Positions 25,685-32,828 of a stretch of DNA of 42,609 bases are shown here, piece after piece. The translations under genes were made by a program, and so were the position numbers. This DNA comes from an uncultured Eubacteriales bacterium (GTDB lineage Bacteria > Bacillota_I > Bacilli_A > RFN20 > UBA1709), in the NCBI GenBank assembly GCA_964367975.1, contig CAYIYS010000001.1, forward strand, positions 1 through 42,609. The letters are read 5' to 3'. The notes below the pieces were generated by a model. The model had not been told where the DNA came from, ran no database searches, and saw nothing but the letters and a program-made list of their open reading frames with translations. The first letter of the stretch is position 1; the number at the start of each line of letters is the position of its first letter.

Positions 25685-26701
25685 TTAAGCAGCGACGATA
25701 CCATTATTTTTGGCAAAAGTTAAAAATGTGGCTTTATCGGAAAGAATATAAGCAGCTTGCTCGTTTGCCATTGATAAACAGGCTCCCATGCCGGCATTAG
25801 AAAATGTATACCAGCTATAGTCTTTGATACTATCAGCCTCAGTGGTAATAGCTAAAGATGAATCCCATAATGAAATTTCTTTGGTATGAGTTCCGGATTT
25901 GTCTCCCCGAGAAATGAACTTATATTGACCATTAGCAATGGCAGCAAAGGCGGCTTTAACATCAGCGGCTTCTTTGACTTTGGCTGGATCATTTTTTGGA
26001 CCACAGAGCACAAAATAGTTATACATAAATGCTAATCTTTCACTAGTGAATCCATCTACAACTCTAGCATAACCATCAGTAATGAAGGTTTCTTCTTGAG
26101 ATTTGGCGTGAACAAGAATTAGGTCAGCATTACCATAAGTGGCAGCGGCAATAGCTTTTCCAGTTCCGGCTGAAGCAACTTCTACTTGATAACCATATTG
26201 CGTTTCAAATTGAGGAAGTAAGTAAGCGAGTAAACCACTGTCTTTAACAGAAGTAGTGGTTGATAGGCGAATAGTTTTGGTATCAAGCGTCGCTTGGGCG
26301 ATAGTACCACTATAGGTTTGCGCCGTATCTAACAAATAAAATAAATGCTCATTATATTCTTCATAGCCATAAGCACTAATGAGGTTACGTCCCGCTTGAC
26401 TGCTCAGCCATTTAATAAGGGCATCAGCACCCGCGGCGTTAATATCGACTGCACCTGCTGGGAGTTCTGTTCCATCTACTGATGAGATAAATTTCGCAGC
26501 TGGATCTACAGCGATTAAAGAATAGGTGTTAATCATGCTGGCATCTTCTTCTTTTAAGATAGTTAGATTAACGTTGCTAGTTGGTTCACTAGTAGAACTA
26601 CCTTGACTACTTGTCGAATTGCCACCGCAGCCAACCAGCGCCATAGAGGTGCAAGTTAAGGCTAAAAGGGTAGCAAAAAATTTGAACATCTTCCTTTTCA
26701 T
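25685..26701 (-). CDS. tupA: tungstate-binding lipoprotein TupA, apparently circularly permuted
   Basis: Lipobox LVGC. It has the TupA hallmarks STTTSVKDSGLL, GTGKAI..ADLILVHA, FISRGDKSGTH and NAGMG. The segment that is C-terminal in canonical TupA (..NTYSLIAVDP...ALIKWLSS..G..LI...LF) precedes them. Confidence 0.8.
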   Translation of the reverse strand: MKRKMFKFFATLLALTCTSMALVGCGGNSTSSQGSSTSEPTSNVNLTILKEEDASMINTYSLIAVDPAAKFISSVDGTELPAGAVDINAAGADALIKWLSSQAGRNLISAYGYEEYNEHLFYLLDTAQTYSGTIAQATLDTKTIRLSTTTSVKDSGLLAYLLPQFETQYGYQVEVASAGTGKAIAAATYGNADLILVHAKSQEETFITDGYARVVDGFTSERLAFMYNYFVLCGPKNDPAKVKEAADVKAAFAAIANGQYKFISRGDKSGTHTKEISLWDSSLAITTEADSIKDYSWYTFSNAGMGACLSMANEQAAYILSDKATFLTFAKNNGIVAA

Positions 26702-26964
26702 TCCAATTATTTCTCCTTTTCACAATGGAAGGCTTAATCGTTTCCCATTAAACCCCGATCTACTTACCATGGATTGGCTATAATCTTTAGGTGGGTAAAT
26801 TCGGACACATCACAATAAAGTAATGTAGATAATCTCATTCTATCATTTTTAATTATTTTTCGCTATATCTTCAACGATAAATGTTCTATTATTCATAAAA
26901 TATTCAAATAATTAACCAAGATGATATGCTATAATGAAAATATATTTTTTTTGAGGTGAGAAAA

Positions 26965-27552
26965 GTGAAAAGAATGATAAAAATGACATTACTTTTAGTC
27001 CTTGTTTCATTGGTAGTGGTTGGCTGTGGGGATAATCAAAGTTCCACTTCAAACTCTGACCCCTATGTCAAGAAGATTTATGGGGAAATTAGCGTTCTTG
27101 ATTATGGGAAAATGGAATTTGAACTTTACCCAGATGTGGCTCCTATTACAGTGAGTAATTTTCAAAACTTGATTGAACAAAACTTTTATGATGGTTTAAT
27201 CTTTCATCGTGTGATTGATGATTTTATGGTTCAAGGTGGGGGCTTTAAGCAAGATGGCACCCAAAAAACGGCTAGTTCAATAATTGGAGAATTTAAAGCG
27301 AATGGCTATGATAACACTCTCGTTCATACCCGAGGAGTCATGTCAATGGCCCGTGCTAACCTTAATAATAGTGGTACTTCGCAATTCTTTATTGTGCAAG
27401 CAGAAACTTATCCTTCGCTGGATGGTAAGTATGCCGCCTTTGGCAGGGTCACTGCAGGTCTTGATATTGTCGATCAAATAGTTTTGGTTGAAAAAGATGA
27501 GGATAATAAACCCCTTGTCAATATAGTTATTGAATATATTCGATTAAAATAA
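26965..27552 (+). CDS. cyclophilin-type peptidyl-prolyl isomerase lipoprotein
   Basis: Lipobox VVGC, plus FHRVIDDFMVQGG and GTSQFFI motifs. The GTG at 26965 is about 7 nt after GAGGTGA. The ORF-track GTG at 26956 lies within that RBS. Confidence 0.8.
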   Translation: MKRMIKMTLLLVLVSLVVVGCGDNQSSTSNSDPYVKKIYGEISVLDYGKMEFELYPDVAPITVSNFQNLIEQNFYDGLIFHRVIDDFMVQGGGFKQDGTQKTASSIIGEFKANGYDNTLVHTRGVMSMARANLNNSGTSQFFIVQAETYPSLDGKYAAFGRVTAGLDIVDQIVLVEKDEDNKPLVNIVIEYIRLK

Positions 27553-27620
27553 AAACAGGCATTTGAACTAGTAAAGAGTTTGTAGACACTTTACTGGTTC
27601 AGTTCAATTGCCTGTTTTTT
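27553..27620. terminator. long imperfect hairpin, bidirectional terminator
   Basis: AAAAACAGGCATTTGAACTAGTAAAG ... CTTTACTGGTTCAGTTCAATTGCCTGTTTTTT. Confidence 0.7.
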
Positions 27621-27626
27621 GGTTGA

Positions 27627-28505
27627 TTATCTTTCACTACCCATATAGAAAATAGCGATACAACCTGGTCCAGAGTGCGAACCAATAACTGGTCCGACTT
27701 GATTAACATAGATGTTTTTAGGGTGATAGAGTTCTTGAATCAATTCTTGGACATAATTAACTTCTTCAAGACAGTCGCCGTGACTAATGTAAATTTCTTG
27801 CTCATTAGGGTTGATAATATTTTTTGATATATTTTCCACCAACTTTTTCAGTGAATTCTTTCTGCCGAAGACTTTACCAGTTCCTACTAGTCGTCCTTCA
27901 TTATCAACTCTGAGCAGCGGTTTTAATTTTAACATCGAGCCGATTAAAGCTAAAGACCCCGATAATCTGCCTCCTCGTTTGAGAATATTCAAATCATCAA
28001 TAGTGAAGAGATGAATCAGATTTAACTTATGGGTTTCAACCCAACTAGCATTTTCTTCGATGCTCATGTCATTTTTTTGGTTTCTGACAGCATAAGTTAA
28101 TAACAAGCCTTGTCCCAAAGAAGCACAGAGAGTATCAATGCCTATTATCTTTTTTCCTGGATACTTTCCCTCGTCTTCTATTTCCTTTTTGGCGGACATA
28201 AAAGAACCATATGTTCCACTTAAAGCACTCGAGAAACCTAAGTAGAGAATATCTTTGCCTTTTTGTAATAAGGACTTAATCTTTTCGCTAAAATCAAAGC
28301 GATTAATTTGTGAAGTGGTTCCCATTTTGCCATTTCTTAACATGTCATAAAATTCGTGAGATGGTAAAAGAAGATTAAATGGATCGTCCTTATATGATTT
28401 GCCATCAATTTCTAAACTGAGTGAAATGAGCTCAATCCCCAATTCTTTGGCTTTTTTGGCATCTAAATCACAGCATGAATCTGTAAGTATTATGTAATCC
28501 GACAT
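27627..28505 (-). CDS. DegV-family fatty-acid-binding protein (FakB-like)
   Basis: 292 aa. The ILTDSCCDL start and the GxSSALSGTY-like segment are typical of DegV. Confidence 0.85.
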   Translation of the reverse strand: MSDYIILTDSCCDLDAKKAKELGIELISLSLEIDGKSYKDDPFNLLLPSHEFYDMLRNGKMGTTSQINRFDFSEKIKSLLQKGKDILYLGFSSALSGTYGSFMSAKKEIEDEGKYPGKKIIGIDTLCASLGQGLLLTYAVRNQKNDMSIEENASWVETHKLNLIHLFTIDDLNILKRGGRLSGSLALIGSMLKLKPLLRVDNEGRLVGTGKVFGRKNSLKKLVENISKNIINPNEQEIYISHGDCLEEVNYVQELIQELYHPKNIYVNQVGPVIGSHSGPGCIAIFYMGSER

Positions 28506-28571
28506 TGTATAGCCCCCTTCTTGGATACATCTATATTATAAATGAAATTTAAGATAATTACCACGATAATA

Positions 28572-29408
28572 TTAGCTTTCTGCTGGCAAAGTAAAGGTTA
28601 AATATTCATGAGTTAATGGGTGTTTAAATGCTAAATAATAACTTTGTAAATGTAAATAATCATTTTCATTCGCATTGCCATATAGTCTGTCACCAACCAA
28701 CGGGTGGTTGATAAAGGCAAAATGAACCCGAATTTGGTGTGTTTTACCTGTTAGCAGTTTGGCTTCGACGACACTGTTGCCATTGAGGTAATTAATTACT
28801 TGATAAGCCGTTTTAGCTTCCTTGCCTTGCTGACTGACTAGATATTTAGTCGAGCGATAGGTTGAATCTTTTTGCAGCGGAAAAGCGAGCACTCCTGCTT
28901 TTTGTTCAATAATACCTTGGCAGAGTAAGTGATACTTTTTGACAATTGACGCGGTCGATAGGAGCGCGTGAATATATTGATGCTTGGCAACTAAAATTAA
29001 ACCGGCAGTATCTTTATCTAAACGATTGACATAGTGAATGGTAGCTTTAATATCTTGTTGTTGATAATATTTGAGAATCATGCCCGCTAAATGATAGTCA
29101 TAATGGGCTTTTGTACCAATGACTGCCAGGTTATGAGGTTTATTGATAATCAAAATATAAGGGTCTTCATAGATGATATCTAAAGTACCATCAATTAGGT
29201 TAATATTGGTTTTTTCCGCGGGTAGCGTGATGATCAAGTGATCATTAATATTTAAGAATTGATTTAATGTGACTACTTGATTATTTAGCATGAAAGAATT
29301 TTGATTTTGCTTCATTTTGCTAAGCAAAGAATCCGAAAAAGAATTTTGTTGCAAAAATTCACTTAAATAGATAGGGGAGTTAATGTCAAATTTTATTTTA
29401 ATGGCCAT
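28572..29408 (-). CDS. RluA-family pseudouridine synthase
   Basis: HRLDKDTAGL-type motif (NRLDKDTAGLIL) and TGKTHQIRVH. Confidence 0.85.
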   Translation of the reverse strand: MAIKIKFDINSPIYLSEFLQQNSFSDSLLSKMKQNQNSFMLNNQVVTLNQFLNINDHLIITLPAEKTNINLIDGTLDIIYEDPYILIINKPHNLAVIGTKAHYDYHLAGMILKYYQQQDIKATIHYVNRLDKDTAGLILVAKHQYIHALLSTASIVKKYHLLCQGIIEQKAGVLAFPLQKDSTYRSTKYLVSQQGKEAKTAYQVINYLNGNSVVEAKLLTGKTHQIRVHFAFINHPLVGDRLYGNANENDYLHLQSYYLAFKHPLTHEYLTFTLPAES

Positions 29409-29462
29409 AATTAAACCTCTTTTAAATTATACCTAGTTTGGCAAAAAAAGCAAAAAAAGGGC

Positions 29463-29491
29463 TTGCAAAATAAGTGGACTTGATTCATAAT
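29463..29491 (+). promoter_or_regulatory. sigma-A promoter of the ArsR-ATPase operon
   Basis: TTGCAA, 17 nt, CATAAT. Confidence 0.6.
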
Positions 29492-29497
29492 GATATA

Positions 29498-29511
29498 TGA
29501 ACAAGTGTTCA
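29498..29511 (+). promoter_or_regulatory. ArsR/SmtB-type operator TGAACA-AG-TGTTCA
   Basis: A perfect 6-2-6 inverted repeat just downstream of the -10, embedded in ATATATGAACAAGTGTTCAAT. It resembles CzrA/CadC 12-2-12 operators. Confidence 0.65.
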
Positions 29512-29533
29512 ATCGTTCAAAGGAGGAGATTGC

Positions 29534-29851
29534 ATGCTTACAAAAAATGAATTAACTAAAATTGTTCTTGAAAAAGAAAATGTCTTAAATGAGGCCGCCG
29601 AATTTTTTCGCATTTTTGGTGATGCTACCAGGTTGAAGATATTATCGAGTATACAAAATCAAGAACTATGTGTTTGTGATATAGCTAGTGTAGTGACATC
29701 TAGTCAATCAGCTGTCTCTCATCAATTAAGAATGTTAAGAAATTTAAAAGTTGTTAAATCTCGCAAAGTGGGTAAAGAGGTTTTTTATTCACTTGATGAT
29801 GAACATATTGATAACATCTTAAAACAAGGTCTTGAGCACGTTAAGGAGTAG
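29534..29851 (+). CDS. ArsR/SmtB-family metalloregulator (CzrA/CadC-like)
   Basis: ELCVCDIA helix and a winged HTH (SAVSHQLRMLR). The C-terminal DDEH...(10)...EHVKE looks like an alpha-5 metal site. Confidence 0.85.
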   Translation: MLTKNELTKIVLEKENVLNEAAEFFRIFGDATRLKILSSIQNQELCVCDIASVVTSSQSAVSHQLRMLRNLKVVKSRKVGKEVFYSLDDEHIDNILKQGLEHVKE

Positions 29852-29854
29852 TGT

Positions 29855-31741
29855 ATGGAAAAAAGTGAAGTTAGTTGTGAACATTGCCACGAAAAACAAA
29901 AAGCGGAAAATATCAAACCAAAGATTATTCAAATCGTAGCAGCTTTGATTATTTTTCTAGTGGCGCGAATATTTGCTAGTCAATTAAACAATTGGCTAGT
30001 TATTGCTTTGTATAGTTTAGCTTATTTGATTGCCGGATTAGAAATAGTGATAAAAGCTTTTAAAAACATTGCTCACGGGAAAATATTTGATGAGAACTTA
30101 TTGATGGTAATTGCAACCATTGGCGCTATCATAATTGGTGAGATGGCAGAAGCTGTAGCAGTCATGCTTTTTTATCAAATTGGCGAATTTTTCCAAGATT
30201 TAGCTGTTGAACGTTCTACTGATTCAATTGCTAAATTAATGGATTTAAGATCTGATAGTGTTTGTCTTCTAAAAAATGGAACCTCAGAAATTAAAGAACC
30301 TAATCTAGCTAAGATTGGGGATATTATGTTGATTAAACCTGGCGAAAAAATTCCATTAGATGGTGAAGTGGTTGCCGGCAACAGTTCGCTAAATATCGCT
30401 TCATTAACAGGAGAATCTTTGCCTAGAAGCGTTAAAGTTGGTGATTCTATTTTATCAGGAAGTATCAATATTGATGGAATATTACAAATCAAAATCACTA
30501 AAATTTATAGTGAATCTACCGCTTCTAAGATTTATGAATTTGTAGCTAAAGCATCCCAACAAAAAGCCCCAAAGGAAAAGTTTATTACTAAGTTTGCGAA
30601 GTATTATACGCCTAGTGTGGTGGGATTAGCGTTCTTAATTGCTTTTTTTCCCTTACTATTTGGTGGGACTTTAAATGAATGGGGCTATCGAGCTTTAATT
30701 TTTTTGGTCATCTCTTGTCCTTGCGCTTTGGTCATTTCAATTCCTTTAAGTTTCTTCGCCGGAATTGGAGCTGCATCTCGTAGCCAAATTTTGATTAAAG
30801 GGAGCAATCATATTGAGATGGCGAGTAAAGTCGATACTATTATAATAGATAAAACGGGTACTATTACCCAAGGGGATTTTGAAGTAAGTGAGCTTCATGC
30901 CCTAGAAGTAAAGGAAGAAGAGTTGGCTTTTTGGGCTGCCAATGGAGAAGCGTTTTCTAATCACCCGATTGCCCAATCGATTACAAGAAAATATCAAAGT
31001 TTAATTAATAAAGACTTAGTCAGCGATTATCGTGATTTGCCAGGGAAAGGTGTTACATTTACTATTAATGGGCAAACTGCTTTAGTCGGTAATTATCATT
31101 TATTACAAGAGCAAGGCTTAACCTTTGCTGAAGTTGTCACAACCAAAACAATTGTCTATGTGGCAGTTGATAAAAAATATATCGGCTACTTATTAATTGA
31201 AGATAAAATTAAAGATTCTAGCCGCCAAGCAATTGCCAAGCTGCAAAAGCGGGGTCTTAATATCGTAATGTTGACTGGTGACAATGAAGGTATTGCAAGT
31301 CGGGTTGCTAAAGAAGTTAATATCAATGACTTTCATGCCAACTTATTACCCCAAGATAAAGTGACAATATTACAAAAGTATCAAAAGGATGGGCATAAAG
31401 TAATATATATTGGTGATGGCATTAATGATGCACCGGTTCTTATTACAGCCGATTTAGGTATTTCAATGGGTGGGGTTGGCCAAGATGCTGCCATTGAAGC
31501 TAGTGACGTGGTCATCATGAATGACGATTTAAATAAAATCTTAACCCTACTTGATATTTCGCATCAAAATCTAGCGATAGTCAAACAAAATATTGTCGGA
31601 GCATTACTAATTAAAGTAGTGATGATGTTGCTAGGTGCGCTTGGCATTACAAATATGTGGTTAGCCGTTTTTGCTGATGTTGGAGTCGCTTTTCTAGCGA
31701 TTCTCAATGCCATTCGGCTCTTAATTTATAAAAGAAAATAA
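29855..31741 (+). CDS. P1B-type Zn2+/Cd2+/Co2+-exporting ATPase (CadA/ZntA-like) without an HMA domain
   Basis: CPC in TM6, plus DKTGTIT, SNHPIA and GDGINDAP motifs. The N-terminus has only CEHCH in place of a ferredoxin-fold HMA domain. Confidence 0.85.
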   Translation: MEKSEVSCEHCHEKQKAENIKPKIIQIVAALIIFLVARIFASQLNNWLVIALYSLAYLIAGLEIVIKAFKNIAHGKIFDENLLMVIATIGAIIIGEMAEAVAVMLFYQIGEFFQDLAVERSTDSIAKLMDLRSDSVCLLKNGTSEIKEPNLAKIGDIMLIKPGEKIPLDGEVVAGNSSLNIASLTGESLPRSVKVGDSILSGSINIDGILQIKITKIYSESTASKIYEFVAKASQQKAPKEKFITKFAKYYTPSVVGLAFLIAFFPLLFGGTLNEWGYRALIFLVISCPCALVISIPLSFFAGIGAASRSQILIKGSNHIEMASKVDTIIIDKTGTITQGDFEVSELHALEVKEEELAFWAANGEAFSNHPIAQSITRKYQSLINKDLVSDYRDLPGKGVTFTINGQTALVGNYHLLQEQGLTFAEVVTTKTIVYVAVDKKYIGYLLIEDKIKDSSRQAIAKLQKRGLNIVMLTGDNEGIASRVAKEVNINDFHANLLPQDKVTILQKYQKDGHKVIYIGDGINDAPVLITADLGISMGGVGQDAAIEASDVVIMNDDLNKILTLLDISHQNLAIVKQNIVGALLIKVVMMLLGALGITNMWLAVFADVGVAFLAILNAIRLLIYKRK

Positions 31742-31775
31742 AAAAATAGCAGCGATTATTTTGCTGCTATTTTTT
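31741..31775. terminator. bidirectional terminator embedded in the last codons of the TetR gene
   Basis: AAAAAATAGCAGC-GATTATTTT-GCTGCTATTTTTT. Confidence 0.7.
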
Positions 31776-32388
31776 CTTTTGGTTGAATGCCTTGGGCTAA
31801 CATAATCATGACGGTTTTAACCATCTTATCAATGCTAGCGTCATCTAATACTCGCTTGTGGAAAACGATAGTTTCGAGACCAATATAATTGGAAATACCC
31901 ATTAACGCATATGCCAGGGCAGTGGTATCAATATTAGGATTAATCTCACCCTCTTGGATAGATTTATTTAGTTGCACAATATAGCGCGAAGCGAAGGAAG
32001 TGTAATAATCAATAAACAAATCACGATCAACGAGCAGAGATTGCCAAATGATTGTGTAAGCATGAGGATTTTTAATAACATAATCAATAAAGGCTCTTAA
32101 CCCATATTCTTCAAATTCTAGTCTGGTTTTGCAGTTTCTTGTATGGTCAGCCATGCATTTACGAATATCATGATAATAATTACAAACTAAATAACGATAT
32201 AAGACTTGTTTGCTCTCAAAATAAATATAAAATGTTCCAACTCCAAAGCCGGCATCTTCAACTATATCATTGATAGTTGCACCATGATATGTCTTCTCGT
32301 GGAATAATTTTTCAGCCGAAACACAAAGTTTATCAAAGGTTTTTAGACCACGTCTGGTTTTAGGTTTATTCACATTTACTTTAATCAT
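31756..32388 (-). CDS. TetR/AcrR-family transcriptional regulator
   Basis: N-terminal HTH (ATINDIVEDAGFGVGTFYIYF). 210 aa. It is divergent from the downstream operon. Confidence 0.85.
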   Translation of the reverse strand: MIKVNVNKPKTRRGLKTFDKLCVSAEKLFHEKTYHGATINDIVEDAGFGVGTFYIYFESKQVLYRYLVCNYYHDIRKCMADHTRNCKTRLEFEEYGLRAFIDYVIKNPHAYTIIWQSLLVDRDLFIDYYTSFASRYIVQLNKSIQEGEINPNIDTTALAYALMGISNYIGLETIVFHKRVLDDASIDKMVKTVMIMLAQGIQPKEKIAAK

Positions 32389-32396
32389 AAAAGCCT

Positions 32397-32412
32397 CCTG
32401 AATTAGTGCTCA
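32397..32412. repeat. left arm of a long-range inverted repeat (CCTGAATTAGTGCTCA)
   Basis: Its reverse complement recurs at 32484-32501 with a 2-nt insertion. It overlaps the +1 region and SD of the TetR mRNA. Confidence 0.7.
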
Positions 32413-32419
32413 CTTTTTT

Positions 32420-32448
32420 ATTATATAGAGGAAGTTTTAAAATATCAA
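32420..32448 (-). promoter_or_regulatory. sigma-A promoter of the TetR gene
   Basis: On the minus strand: TTGATA, 17 nt, TATAAT. Confidence 0.65.
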
Positions 32449-32483
32449 GCATAAGTAGGTAATAGGGCATTATTAAGCATATA

Positions 32484-32501
32484 TGAGCACTAGCATTCAG
32501 G
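32484..32501. repeat. right arm of the inverted repeat (TGAGCACTAGCATTCAGG)
   Basis: It pairs with 32397-32412 and ends 10 nt upstream of the operon -35. Confidence 0.7.
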
Positions 32502-32510
32502 TATTTTCCC

Positions 32511-32539
32511 TTGACCTAAATTATGATAACGCTTACAAT
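32511..32539 (+). promoter_or_regulatory. sigma-A promoter of the SDR-KASIII-ABC-CoA-transferase operon
   Basis: TTGACC, 17 nt, TACAAT. Confidence 0.7.
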
Positions 32540-32542
32540 AAA

Positions 32543-32828
32543 GGTGAAGAGGCGTTCACGAGAATATCAACTCATATTAGAGTTGGAACGTCAACCGACA
32601 TGGGGCAGAGAATAGCCGTCACCAACAAGGGTTGTGTGAAATAAAATAATTTGATAAAGAAATCATGGTGGAAATCCGCCTTTTTGCTCACTCAAGTGTT
32701 TATTTCCAATAAGGGTGAAACCATTCGAATATTACCATCGAGTAATTAACTCGTGGAAGCCTTACCCATACTGTGCAGGTGAATTGTCATTCACCTAACA
32801 AATATATTAGCAAATGGAGGAATTAAAA
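32543..32828 (+). promoter_or_regulatory. long structured 5' leader, an unclassified riboswitch-like candidate
   Basis: About 270 nt with no credible ORF and elevated GC. Hand folding gives nested helices (GGUGA..GGC/GCC.UCACC, GUUC/GAAC, CAACUC/GAGUUG), a short hairpin plus U5 at 32667-32685, a GGGUGA/UUACCC helix, and an 8-bp AGGUGAAU/AUUCACCU hairpin before the SD. Confidence 0.45.

Noticed and set aside
32397-32501. The inverted repeat plus its 71-bp core, considered as a miniature inverted-repeat transposable element.
   Set aside because: There is no target-site duplication at the ends and no second copy in 42 kb. The core carries a functional-looking TetR promoter. It is kept as a regulatory-architecture finding instead.
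32543-32685. Known riboswitch classes for the long leader. Candidates were T-box (GGUGGAAAUCCGCC versus GGUGGUACCGCG), the lysine L-box (GAAGAGGCG start), and FMN or cobalamin (GGUG.AAAUCC-like words).
   Set aside because: Only isolated words match. The leader lacks the AGAGA/distal-loop/AGUA organisation and exact T-box sequence, the GAAAGG and GCCGAAG lysine blocks, and the B12 box or second RFN half. The downstream gene content does not fit these ligands.
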